A stretch of DNA of 56,692 bases, counting the filler, from Sphacelaria rigidula (Eukaryota), in assembly GCA_964200075.2 (NCBI GenBank). It is 2 parts of 2 records of this genome, joined end to end, with 100 filler letters (N's around TTAATTAATTAA, not from the genome) between each part and the next. Parts side by side here need not be neighbours in the genome. Positions count along the whole stretch, not along the records: positions 1 to 28,319 come from CAXNAA020000101.1; positions 28,420 to 56,692 come from CAXNAA020000102.1. One strand, written 5' to 3'. Shown here piece after piece: positions 24,593-38,200 of the stretch. A program made the translations under genes and the position numbers. The notes beneath the pieces were generated by a model. The model saw nothing but the letters and a program-made list of their open reading frames with translations, was not told the origin of the DNA and made no database searches. The first letter of the stretch is position 1; every line of letters starts with the position of its first letter.

Positions 24593-27500
24593 GTGAGCAG
24601 CACGGTAGCTAAGGGGGTTCGTCTGTTGTTCGGCAAGCATTTCGTGTGCAGGAATTGCATCGGTATTTCCCTGGGATGTCCTGTACAATGAACCTGCTCA
24701 GGGCGATCTGTGAAGGAGCACGAAAACAAACGTTGAGACTTCCGCTCGTAACGTCCTGTTGTGCCACAGTCAACGGGGTATAACACCCCCCGTGATAGGT
24801 TTTCAACCCCTGTTTTCTCGACGAGTAACGCCCTGTATCACCGTAAGATGATGTATGCCGAAAGATTCGACATATATATGCAGCACGTAAGCGTTACCCC
24901 ACCCTTGATGGCGTGTCACCAATGTGGTTTTGGAAGTCGAGACTGGAGGAGAGTACAATGCGTGCATGTACATTACGATCGAAGCATTGGACCGTGACTT
25001 GATCGGGGAGGAAAGTAGTGAGTGACATATGCGGAACGGGGGAACGAAACGTGAATATTGACTTGGTGTGCAGAGTGCATTGTCGTATCAGTTACGGTGC
25101 AAATATTCTTACCAGTCGTTCAGACTCTGATCGGACAACCAACTTCTTACGGTCTATCGTTGGATGGGCACCCTGGGCTCTCGTAGACAGGATTTTCCAA
25201 ATGTTTTGGCCAGGATCTGCAAAACCTACCGCCGAGGCGGGGTCTTATCACAAGTGATTATCACTTTTCAAGAAACCCCTTTTGTAAAAAAAGACCGATG
25301 ATTGATTGTTGCAACACCTTCCCCCCCCCCCCCCCCAAAAAAAAAACCAAAAAAAAACCCTTACCAAAAAAAACAATTTATGACACCCCAACCAGGACAA
25401 AGAAACATCCCATTGACAGGGGCATAACCGAAGGCTTGACAGACAAGTCAACAGTCAACACAATCAAACATGACCCTGAGGAAATCGTTGCCCTCCCAAA
25501 CCAAAGCACATCGCTCCAGTCATTGCTGCTCACCAGCTGAGCATACTGTGCGTGACCTTGCTCAAATCGGTTTAGAATTCAGTGAGAAATGATGATTTGC
25601 GTGAGATGCGCCCATAGCACACGCTTAAAAACCGTCAGCAACAGCACGTTTTCGGTTGCTATTTGACACACACGCGGCCGCCTCTCATCCAATACCGGAC
25701 GGATTTCCGTCAAACAAAGACTGTCGTGTGTAGATGATGAAGAGCTAGCGCTTGAGATAATGTACATGAGTGGTGGGTGTCTATGCGTCGGTTTTCGTGG
25801 CTCGGTGTGTCGGCGCTGTGCTACCTCGTCGCGTCTTGTGCGCAGCAGGACAGAGATATTGGACTAACGGCCACTTTCAGAACCGCCGCATTTTTCACCT
25901 GTGTGCAGATCTGGTCTTCAATCTGGACATAACTGCTTGTCGATAAGACACAGCACTGGTCGTTGTGGGGGCAATCCCATTTCAAAAGAGGATTTTTTGG
26001 AAAATGATACCGGCTGGTTCACGGAAAAAACCCAAAAAACGCTCATCGGCCAAACTTCACGCCGTTTGAAGGAGCTAGACCCTGAAATTTTGCACAAGCA
26101 TTTTACGGGTCATTACGCAACCTTGTAAGGTTGAGCTTTTTTTTCCCTTGAAAAAGAAATCCACCGTTTTTCGGGGGTACCATTTTTTCGTAGAAATTTC
26201 GATCCAGTCGGACCGCGTGAAACGGTGAAAACGAAAAAAAAAAGCTCTCGTTCATCCAAAGTTGCGTACTTATCCATAGAACACCTGTGCAATTTTTCAG
26301 CGTCAAACTCCTTGAAACGGCGTGAAGTTTCTCGCGTTTGTGCGATGAACCTTGCCGTGCCACGATGAAACCGCAAACTACTAGATTTTGGTATGAAAAT
26401 AACGTTCTTTGGGTCTTCTTTGACGTGAACATGAAAATTCAAGCATCGGTCTATCGAGTTTGGCCTTTGTAGGGCTCTTCCTTGGGTCTGCGGCGACTGG
26501 GAGTTTGCTACAAAAATAAAGAAAATATCGTGATGCCGGTTTTCTGGGGTCCCAGAATGGACGACTTCAGAAAAACGACTGGGATCCCGTTGGACCCCCG
26601 AAAAACGGTAATAACTTCAAGAAGTAGAAAAAACCGCGTTGATCGAAAATTGCGTAATGATTCATGACACATTTGTGCGAAGTTTCGGGTTCGAAATCCT
26701 AATAACTGCGTGAAGGTTTGCGCGTTTGTGCGAGCATGTGAGTTCAACCCTTTTGCAACCGTTGATGGAAAATTGACGATTTACATTTGACTTTATTTGG
26801 GCAAGAAATGGTTGTTTTTCTACAGCGTTTGAGCGAACGATTCGCCCGAAGCGTGTTTTTCAGACCCGTGCGAATGGAACGTGGAAGAAAAGAAGGTTCA
26901 AAGGTTCTCTATTTTACGGGTATGACGAATTGTTCGACCCGTCGGTGTTTCCTAACCCCGGCCAGAGTGCAGGGCTGACCTTTCGTGAAGCAATCTTCAC
27001 GCCGCACCTGCAGTAGATGCTTCGCACCGCATCATAGCAAGCCTACTCCTAAGTTGCAATAACAAAGGCGACACCGACGGACTCATTTACCCCATTTATG
27101 CCCCCGTCTACTGTCTGTATCGCAAACAGTCACCATCAGGCCTTGTGGGAATGTGTTCACCTACTCCTCTGTACTGCGCGTGATCATGAGTTTTCAACTG
27201 GTATCAAGTGTAAACTCATGTCATGCAGGCTACTGTACTCTGTCGTACGCGTTTATACCGCACCATACTGCGGTTTGATCATTCCACAACGGCGACGAGG
27301 ATGTAATGCACCCCGTCGTTATACATACTCCTGGTGCAGCGTAGGCGGGGGCCTTTACTTTGGCGTATCCGATACAGGCTGTCACTTTGTAGGCTGTGAT
27401 CTTCCGGTACATCTCATCCTGCGCTTTGTGCTGTACGTTCCCACGACACCACCTCTATACTGTGGGTTGGTCATGCCTGAACGTTGCACAGCCGCACTTC

Positions 27501-27631
27501 GTGCTGCGTGAGGTGTATTACTCCAGCTCGCGCTATCGCGTTTGGACTGTCTGTCCTCGTGGGCGGCGTTGGGGTTTCATGCAATGATTTTGCATACCTT
27601 CCGTCTTCTGGCATGGAAGACCGTAACATCA

Positions 27632-28076
27632 TTATTCAGTTATACTGGACTGTAGTGAAGTGCTTTTACTGACTGTAGTTGTAGTTGGATCGGGCTGGTT
27701 GCGAAGGGCTGTCTCGGTCGGTTGTCGACCGTTTGCTAGCATATCGCCTATCTGGACGCTTGCAATCACGTCCGCTTGGTTTTTCCTACATAATCCTGCG
27801 TGCCTGGTAGCGATTTCACTTGCCGCGGTTACTCTGTTGACGTTTGGTAAGCGAGCGGAGGGGGCGGTGTGCGCCGGAGGGCAATGGGCTGCCCCAACCG
27901 CTCTTGCAGCTTTTTCAGCGAAGCGCCTGGCAGCATCCTGGCCGTGCTTCTCAGCCACCTTTTCCAGCTGAACGTGAATTGCATATGGGTCGCTCTTCAG
28001 CGCTTCCACATGTGGCGACGGGATTTCCACGTGCTCCGCCATATCGCTGTCGCCAGCCGTATAGCGTGGCTTCCTA
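27632..28076 (-). CDS. Possible internal exon of an unidentified gene next to the assembly gap
   Basis: Open frame of about 150 codons with protein-like composition (HVQLEKVAEKHGQDAARRFAEKAARAVG), candidate AG acceptors upstream and a GTCAGT donor near 27670. No family recognised. Confidence 0.3.
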
Positions 28077-28319
28077 CGCTTGCAAACTCTGGATGATTCA
28101 GCCCACCAAAACGGTGCACTACTCTAATTTCAAGTATACGAATGTGACGGGTTCGTGCACCGAACTCGAATTGGCGTATTTCACAGATTCTACTGACAAA
28201 AATCACATATGTAGGAGTTTGTACTGTTTTGCGAGAGTCGCGTCGATGCACACAATTGGACACACTTCGCCCGTCGCATGATATCATTGGACAAACCCAA
28301 TCCGACCGCTCCGGGGTTT

Positions 28320-28419
28320 NNNNNNNNNNNNNNNNNNNNNNNNNNNNNNNNNNNNNNNNNNNNTTAATTAATTAANNNNNNNNNNNNNNNNNNNNNNNNN
28401 NNNNNNNNNNNNNNNNNNN
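28320..28419. other. Assembly gap with artificial linker N44-TTAATTAATTAA-N44
   Basis: Exactly 100 nt. The central 12-mer at 28364-28375 places stops in all six frames, as in a synthetic contig spacer. Confidence 0.97.
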
Positions 28420-28449
28420 ATATACATCAACAATCTAATTAAAATATGA

Positions 28450-28875
28450 GAGGGGAGGGTGGAGGTGAGAGAAAGGTTGGGTATTTGCACATATGTCCTG
28501 TACATCGTGTCAAAGTTTCATCAAAAACAATCCAAAATTGAGCGAAGAATATGCGTCATTCAGTCGACAACCGGTTACTAAAGTATATGGAGGTGGACCT
28601 GTTACGAATAATTCAAACGCACAATTTTAAGCTGTTTTCGATAAAATTTTGACACGATGTTCAAGACTTATGTGCGTGCGAATACCGAACCTTTCCTCCT
28701 AGTTTTTTTTCTTCTTCGTGAGTTATTAGCAATTTTGTTCCGGAAAACTATTCTGAATTTTTCCGTCGCCAATATCACACGAAGAAGGAAAAAAAAAACA
28801 CGGGAGGAACGAAGGGGTGTTTGCACATACGTCCTGTACATCACGTCAAAATTTCATTGAAAACGACTAAATATG
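28450..28875. repeat. One and a half copies of the fold-back MITE family
   Basis: Shared motif ttgcacata-gtcctgtacatc-gtcaaa and its reverse complement. Confidence 0.6.
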
Positions 28876-29208
28876 GAGCTCGAAAACTGACTGTAATCGA
28901 AAATCCGATCTAAGCCAGATTTTTTTGGCTTATTCCGCCGCACATAGTACTCTCAACTCTATACACTTTCGCACTTGACTACAATTTGGTATTTCATTTG
29001 ATGAGACCTTGTCGGATCGCAGTGCTACATGGATTTGAAGACGCGCGCTGAGTTGCCGATTACCACGATGGGTCATAGTAGGCACAACTCGCGACGCATT
29101 GTCAATTAGAAAGGGCCGGAGGAAAGTGAGCTTCTTGGGCGGCCCAACTCTGGTACGTATTCCTGAACGACAATTTCATTACTGTGAAGGGCCGCAACGG
29201 CAACCTAC

Positions 29209-32200
29209 CAGCCTCTCCCGAGCTCATGGTCGCCTCCGTCTGCTGTACAAACGAAATGAGCCTCTTGTACTTCTCTCTGAGCTCCTCCTCAACGAAAAAG
29301 TCGCGTTGCCGAACAAGCAGTTCCTCGAACCTTGCCGTTTCGTCAGAAATTATCCGCTTCTCCTGGAAGACGCTCAGCACCTTGTAGCGCCACGGATACC
29401 AAAGGAAGGGGCCCCTCAAAAAACAGTGTTGACGTCGGCGTGAGCTCAAACTTTTCACCAGTGCACGCAGTCGATCGGACACTTCACAGTTCGGTGCACC
29501 ATTTCCATCAAGGTCTCCAGTTCCGACTAGCACGCACGTGAAGGCGATATATCCTACCATATTGGACAGTTTCCCACCAGTCAATCAGAAACATGATGCG
29601 AAGCTTCCTCGTCAACAGCATGGCACAAACTGTCGCAGCAGATTCCTTGGCACCGTCAACCCTTTGATTCATCTCGAAACAGTCAGACAGCTTCGCCTGT
29701 TTGATTCATCAGTTTCATTTGATTGACGGTCGTACATGAACTGATGCCCGAGGGATCCAGCCGTGTTCCCATGACAGACGCACCCGAGGTAAAACAAAAC
29801 AGAAACAGAAACACTCGCCCAAGAAAATTGAATAAGGCAAAAAAATAGACTTGACCAACAGAGTAGACTGGATAAAGGGAGAACAAAACAAAGCGAAACA
29901 AAGACAGAAAAAAAAGGAGGGAATGGTCGGTCTCCCCAAAATGGCTTAGGTGGAAGGGGTCTTGCGTCAAAGCACATGCACTCATGCGCAACCGAAAAAA
30001 AAAATCGGGGGAACAGATTGCGGCTCATCTATCTCGGCTATACAATTTTGGGTATGAGCTCTCATCGACGCACCCTACGGGAGCGAGGGATCAAACTGCT
30101 ACTTGCGTAAAAACACACACACATAGAGATGGAGAGAGAAAGAGAGAGCAGAGAAGAAAGAGACTACAGAAGTGATGAATCCCAAGAACAGTACAGTAGA
30201 GCAGGTACAACCGCACAACCAGGGAACACCGCAAGTCCACCGACCCAGAACAAATTCACGGATAGAGATGATGAAAGAAGTGACACCCTGTTGTACAGGA
30301 GTACGCATGTTAAAACATCCACGGCACAGCCTAGAAGACAAGCGAAGTGATCACATAGCCAAACCGCACCAGGTTATGTCCCCCCTTTGCAGTCCTCCCT
30401 CCCTCATCATGGCATCATGACCCATCTCGCCGGGAGGCCATATTTCACCACCTAATAAAGACCATCGGGCTATTCAAGCACACAAAGAGAGGCTGTGCTT
30501 CTCGAACAGTGTTTGCCACCCTGACCCCTCTCAGTTTCAACATGTCTGAACAAATGGTGCAGAATGCTGCACAGAACCAGGCAGCATTGACTGTACAGTA
30601 GACAGCGATGACACGAATTATTTCGTGTTGGTTTACCAAGACCTGAGTGAAGAAGGAAGGTGAACTCTGTACAGTGCAAGTACAAGTATAGCACAGCACG
30701 GTTGGTACAGTACAGCAGCAGCACGACAGTATACAACAGTCAGAGCGATGTGACATGCAGAGCAATAACATTCGGACATATTCGAGGTGCCACCAATGCC
30801 CCCGGAAAACCAAGATGCGATGCATAGATTGATTCGATTTGATTGATTGATTGTCGCACTTTGACTGACCCCCCACGGATCCAGCCGTGGTCACATGATA
30901 GACGTACTCAACAAAAAAACAAACTACAACACTCGCTGAAGAAAAAGAAGGAACAGGGAGGGTCGAACAGAACGACATAGTAGACCAACACGTAGACATA
31001 GCTACAATCTGCAAGTTACTAGCGTTTTCCATATATCGCAGAAACAGGGATGACAAGCGCGCATCACTGGAAAGACGGGACACCTGACTTGACGCAAAAC
31101 GCCATCAGGGGTTGTCGTTCACTATTTTTCTCTAGAAACGCATTATTATCCACCTATTCATGCGAAAGGATGTGTTTTGTGTTTTACGACTGCAATTTGA
31201 GATCAGTCTGCAAGTAGCTAGCACAGGTGGCGAATACAGGCAGTCGAAATATTCTTCGCGGTCGAAGGATCGAATGGGTTCAGAAGGGTGGCACGAAATT
31301 GAAACCGGAAGATTCGCTCACGACCGTAACAAATATCTTCGGTCTTTAGAAATCGCCTACAGGCGCTCCGACCCGACTGCAACATGGGACTACAGAGTGA
31401 GTGGTCCGCGTACAGCATTTGCATAATTTCTTGCAATCTCGGAATTGAAAGTTTCATGGGTTTACCGTGGAGTGGTTCTACAACTCTAGAAGCTGTCGTC
31501 GATCAGTAGTGAGGAGCACATGAATATCTCGCACGTGAGTGTGTTGTCCTGCCCTACAAAACTTTGGCGAGGGAGCAGGGCACGACAAGAAACGTACGCG
31601 GATGGCAGATATGTATCGATTGTTCACAAACACGTGCGGGTCGCGAATCATCGACATCTGGTGAACTACTTGTAGGGACCGCCTCTGACCTGAATGAATG
31701 CATCCTAGGCATAATGCCTCATGCATCCGCACGCTTGTTCATCGTAAACTCAGGCGGTTTCACCTGCCGGATGAATGGCACCATGATTCGTTCATATTCA
31801 ACTTTGCACGAATCAATGATGCGACTCGTAGAAGGTTTATGGTTCGTACGTGTCTTGATCTCGTGATTCGTGCGGCATTACATGTAACATACACATTCCT
31901 GCTCGTCATACATGCGGTACTCCCTGGAAGGTACAATTCGCCCATCTGTGATTCATGCGATATGAATTACGGGTACATGCAGCATGAGTCAAGTATACAT
32001 GTTTCCCGCCGTTCATTTATACGACATGAAGCAAGTGTCGATATTGCCCACCTGTCATTCATACCCATGAATCAAACATACTTATTTTCTCATCCATCAT
32101 TCGTGCGACATGAATCAAACGCACACTATCCCGGCCCCATTTCATGCGCTAGGACCCTCTGGTACATGGTTCGCAACTGCCGCTAATTAGGCAGGACTCT

Positions 32201-35200
32201 TTGGTTCATTTTCCACATGCTCGGTTCATGCGGCACGACTTTTGTGCATAGTGACAAATCTCACCCGTGACTCATGATAATGATGTCATATATTTTTATA
32301 CAAAGATCATATTTACCCTTGTATGCAGAAACAAGCTTGTTGGAATATTCGGGACGGATGAACGCGTTGTAAAGTGTGGGAACTGGGGGCGTTTCGACCA
32401 CTTCTTGTGGTACAAACAAAACCATCTCCAGGAAATGCCCTTTTGGCGATTCAGCGCTGATCTTTACCGAAATAGGGACCTGGGGGGATCGTGCCTCTTT
32501 CAAAAGATTCGCCAAACTCTCCAAGAGGATTCTAGCGGACTTTTCCAGTCTATTGGGCGCCAGCTTTACTCTTGGCCGAACCATTGATTACTCAAACAGA
32601 TCCAAAAATACCGCGTTTAATCGAACTCTGTGCGTGTTTTTTATTTAGTATAACTCGAAGATACCTGTGGCTTGGTCGATGAATTGCTAGTCCACCCTAA
32701 AGTAGACTGGGCGCACGAAAAATCGGTCAAGTGCGCTAGAATCCTCCAGGAGTTCTCTGTGCATATTTCCGGGGAAGCACGATTTGTCAAGGCCCGTTTT
32801 CCCGCAAAAATCAGCGCTGAATTCCCAGAAAGGGCATCACTTGGGGATACTTTTTTTCATTAAACGAGCACCGGCCTTGGTGAATGTGAAAGAAGTTCAT
32901 TTTCCTCCAAACTTCAGTGTTCGGAACCCCTTGGCTCCGAGTGGGCCATTCGAGTCTCAGATTAATTTTTCAAATAAAAATGATGCCGATTCTTGAATCC
33001 TGAAATATAGAAATATGGAAATAAGAAACGTACATGGAGGCAACAGAACACGACGCAACGCGATGTCATGGGAATCTAGTTGTATGATCCTCTATTGTAC
33101 TGTAAAGGATTGCTGATTGTTGGCTAAGGCAGGATTAGATCGCAGTGCATAGCACGGTAAGTGTAATCTGTACTCGTGCTGATGCAGACCACACAAGTAC
33201 GACATAAATCTTGCGGGGGTGGGTGAGCTGTCAGCTTTTCCAATCTCATATATCATGTGGTCATCAATTGTTGACTTCTTGCGTGCTGAAAAATAGGATA
33301 TTTAAGAGAGCAAAAATGTAATACTCATTATGGTGTGTAATAGTCATAGTATGCGTGTGTTGAAGAAGGCTGACATCGTTCCATCAAAGAAGTTTTAACC
33401 CTTCTACACCCACCACGGTAGGCGATATGCTGAATGCGCATCGAGGCAAATGATGCCAATGAACAGATCGCCTACTCTGGCGGTGACAGGGCTAAGGCGC
33501 GAGAGATATAAAACACGAGTGACGCGTAGAGTAACTTCTTGGTTGTTTGCACGAATGAAGTCGTACGATTCCTGTGACAACAGAGATTCGCTTTCGCTTC
33601 CCACCAGTGACTCATTCGTATGGCATGCATTGAACGTACTTCTTTCTCACCTACTGTCCGTATGATGGCAAGCATCGTACCAACATGTTTCCCACATGCT
33701 ATTCATACGGCATGATTGAAGCTTACATATTCCGAACCTGCATTTCATACGGCATGAATCATATTTAAATATGTTTCCCATCTGTTACTCATGCGGGATG
33801 AATCATGCCTACACATTTCCTGCTCGCGATTTGTGTGGGATGGATCAAATTGACATTTTTCTCGCCACCAGTGACTCCTACAAGAGCTTTGATTCGAACA
33901 TATCTTTTACCCTGTATTCGTGTGATACTGTTTATAGTGTACAGAATCCCGTGAGTCATTCGTGCGATACTACAATAACTCCAACGTACATCCTCACCCA
34001 TGATTCGTGAATGATGATGCTTTGACAAGTTAATCGCACTGAACAACCGTTACAGGTCAAATCATGCAAATTTCACTTCGCCCGACATGTGAAACGTTTT
34101 GAAACCGTTTCCATAGGGCGAGCTCACGAAAGTACAGTGTTAGTGGCCGGTTGCAACTATCATTGATCATTCATGATGCCGTCAGGAGTACGGCACCACA
34201 AGCAAGTGGCGCTCACCCACCTCGTGGTAGTTGTTGATGAGGAAAACCGCTTGTAGCTTCTTCGACGGGAGGTGATCCGCCATTCGCTGGACAAGTTGGA
34301 CTACCTTTTGCGTGGGTCAACAAAATATATCATGTATCATGTATCGGGGAGGGGGGATTGTATGGTAGCACGGTAGTACGACTATCAATAGTAGAACAAG
34401 TATCGCCAAAAGCAAGCGCTGTCGTACTCTTCTTACGCTTTCGCAGCTTTGGGCCTAAGACCAATACAGACGCCCCGCCCCGAGAGTGTAAGACGGACAA
34501 GGTACGATCGACTCATCAAAACAGCAAGAACCGCGATAAAAAACAAATCCGTTCTTGCCTCCACCCTCAGCGTTGCCAAATCGTTCAGTAGCATCTCCTC
34601 GCCGCCGATTCCCACCACAAGATCATCCAATCCACTATGCAATGCAAGTAGAGAGGCTGCGAATTGCGCATATCGTCGTGTGATGTAGTGCGGGTGGCGT
34701 TCGATGACTCCTAATCGCTTTGCGTTTGCCGTTCTCACGCTGGGTGTCCAGACAGAAAACAAAATACAGGAGAGATTACAAAAGGAAAGTCAGAATTATA
34801 TTCCGAAAACATGCAAAAGGGTCGGCGCAAGGAACGCGTTCGATGGGTGTAGTATAGTTCTAGTTCCGTAGTGTTTCCCACCTCTCACCTTTTCAAATTG
34901 TTGTCGAAGACGGTCTTGAAACGTGGCCACAACAACATGTTGACGCGATCGAAGAAGCTGTCCAATACCGGTACCCTTCGTCGTTGCATCACCATGGAAA
35001 GCGCATGCGTGATCTTGATCATGAGCAGCAACCCGATGCAGTCGTAGCACGTAGACAAGTACTGCTCAAAATTTTCGACGCACAGGGACAGCGTCCTCGC
35101 GAAGATCTGGTTGAAAGTGTCGTGAGATTGGCCCTGCGTGCATGGGGATCAACACCAATATCGTTCAGTCTCCATGGCGCCATTTGAAAGTCCAAAAACA

Positions 35201-38200
35201 AGCACGTGGACTCAACGAAGGCGTTCATCGCAACTTGCCACAGTTGTTCAGGCCGGCAAGATACCCTTGCCCGCGATACGAATTTCCGTAACATCTAGAG
35301 CGAGCGGAAATGTGAGGGTCGACACCGGCCTATGATACTGACGTTTGCGAATTACGCGGTACTTCCGAGCCAACGACTGGTAACACCCCCTCGATTGTGT
35401 TCCACGGGGCATACGTGGAACTTACCGACGCGGTAAGGTAGATCACTTCATGGTCCACCACGGACGTTCTGGCTCGATTTAGAACATGAATACATTCAAC
35501 GCAATACCTTGAAAAATTCAATGGTGAAGAGATACTCGCTGGTGGCGCTGTCGATGAGGTGCTTGAACACTGACCGCATGATGGCTTCGTACGGAAAGTG
35601 ACGCCCTTCAGCCAAGGCGACATGCACAAGGATCGGCCCCGCTTCCACCGCGTCCAAGATCTTGTCCCTATCTCCCAAGTCGAATCCATCACCTCGCTTG
35701 CTTAGGTCCACCTTTGTCGTGAACAAGTTTCTCACAGCGGCTTCCTTCGTGCACAAAACAGTGGGTGCCCACAGGCCACCATAAAAGTCAGACAGTCGAC
35801 GAATCAGCAAAGCACCCGGGATGCTCTAATTCACCAAGATAGCGCGACCATGTTCGGGGGGGGTCGTCACGGTTCTTGTAAGGATCGTGCAAAAATTCGA
35901 GCCATGCAAGTGGCTCCATCACTCGTCAGCGCAGCGAGGACTGCAACCAACACCCATCTGCATGAATCAGTTTCATTGGGCTGGCTGCTAGGCGTGGAAC
36001 ATGCGAAGGCAGTTTCGTACAGGATCAAACGTTTACGTTGATATATGGTTATCTTTGTTAGAAAAAGATGCAAAAAATGCAAGCCTGTCACAACTGGTTT
36101 TGAACAATCAACTTGCGGGTTGATCGGGATGCAACGTCCAAGTTCTCCCGACACCACAGGATTGGGTCATTCCGGAAACCTGCGACATTCCTCTTTCGGT
36201 CAGAAGTGTCGTATCTCGTCGCCATCTTGCATAATCAGCTTTTTGCGGTGCAGTGGTGATAATGGCCGTGCAATGCCCGCATGGTCGGCACCTCCGGCAA
36301 GAAACAAAATGTCTCCAGCATGTACTTATTCCGCACCCACCTCGACCGCAATGAGGTCCTGGCGGGTTGCCATTTCCAGCTCTAGCTTCATCAGCTGGGC
36401 ATGATATGCTCTGAACAACGCCGAAATTGTACGCCCCATGCTCTCAATATAGACTGCGCGAATTTCTTCGGCTGCCGTTGGGGCATTGTCGCACATGAAC
36501 TGCATCAGGTACTTGTACCTGTGGAGGACGTTGAATGGTGCCGGCTGAATATGAGATGCCCCATCCTTGAACGTTGGCATGACCTCATCATTGACCCAGT
36601 TTTGGCACAACATTTCAGCCACGAAATCGACACCAGTTTAAGACGATGATTTGACGTTCTACGTAGGCTATAGTCCCACAAAAGCTGTGTTTTCTACTCC
36701 GACAGCATTGATACCCTCAGTGTGCGTTGGGCTCATGTGAGACCACCACCTTCACAAAGTGGCAGTCTAGTGTAATTACAGCAACTTCGCCACTTCCAGC
36801 GACATGCTACAAATGACGTCGAAGCACACCGTCAAGTGTGAAGGGCCCCGTGCAGACAAGCACTTATGTGGACTCTCGACATATCAAGCCCACGTGAACG
36901 TCGCTCACTTGAGAAGGGAGTTCTTCTGGATTATCTGCACGTTCGTCTTGGGGCGCCGTAGTTCGCTGATCTTCTGCAGTAGATACTCTCGCGCTTTGTT
37001 ACAGGCCTGGGCGAAGAAAGACATCGCGACATGCGCACAAATTGATCGACCGAACCCAGCACCATCAACACGAAACGTCGTGGCATTTAACGGTGTGGTA
37101 GTCTCGTCCTCACGAAAAGGCTGGGGCGGACACGTCATGATATTTTTCCCACACTGCGCCGCGCGCACAAATATCTCCACAGGGTATCATCAACTTCGAG
37201 CAGTTGAAATTTCCAAGACGGTTGAATTAAGCGGTGGACACTGAGCAATGGCCATGGTCTCCCCTAGCAGGTTTCCCGCTTGGCATGGCATCCAGCACCC
37301 TGAGTTTTTGCAGCAGCTATTTCTCTGTGAAAATTATCTGGAAGGCAGCGCTAGTACACCACACAGCCCAAAAAATATGGTCCACGTCATCTCGATTGAA
37401 ACTCGCGTAGTGTGGGCTGCTAAAACCGCGGTTAAACTGCGGCCACTTTACGGTCGTGTTCCGGTTTGGTCGGGAGTATTTATGTACTTTACCTTGATTT
37501 TCAGGTTCTCCAGATGAGGCTGCACACCTCTTGCGGCCGTTGTACTTGATGGAGGCACGTCCAGGCTGGAGCCATCTGGGGACGCTTTTGTCTGCCCAAT
37601 ATACTTGATCTGGAGAGGCAAAACAATAGCAAGTCTTGTTTCAGACCACGTTGCACGTCCGGGGCAGGGTGGTAGCAACATATTTGCGTGTAACTGCAGC
37701 TCCCACACTCACCTTATTGTTGAGCTCGACGACGTATTCCAAGTACGCGTCATTAACATCATCCCCACATATTGACGTCGCAAGCTCTGGGGCCACGACC
37801 ACGTTGCCCAAAAATTTGCCCAAATCTTCCTCCGCAGATCGCAAGTTCTTGAGTTTGATGTTCATCGATATACTCTCGTCCTGAACCAAGCATGATCGCA
37901 GACGTCAGCAAACTGGCGATCAAGTCAACGCCGATGAGGGACATGCTACGGTCCACGCACAACTACCCTGGCCAAGTGGCAGGTAGCAGCCGTGTCGCAT
38001 CATGCAGCACACTTACACGCAAAGCCTGAATGGATCCATTATACACGGGCACTCGACTTTTGATACGCACAGGACGAAACGATGATGTACTACTGACGTG
38101 ACGAACTCCCACAGCCGATACCGCGGAATCCACAGTGCGATGCGCAGTACTGCAGTACATACCTCTTGCAAGGAGACGTCTCATCGTTTCGCGGAGAAGG

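Noticed and set aside
25515..25710. Minus-strand exon with in-frame TGA (selenocysteine candidate)
   Set aside because: No homology, no redox motif, no SECIS seen; chance arrangement more likely.
28364..28375. Biological TTAA palindrome or piggyBac site
   Set aside because: Embedded symmetrically in Ns; it is a synthetic linker.
30445..31083. 212-aa ORF as a gene
   Set aside because: Low-complexity intronic sequence with repeat fragments inside VPS52 intron 11.
31855..33890. CRISPR-like repeat/spacer array
   Set aside because: Repeats are degenerate, linkers are homologous to each other, there are no cas genes, and the array is in a eukaryotic intron.
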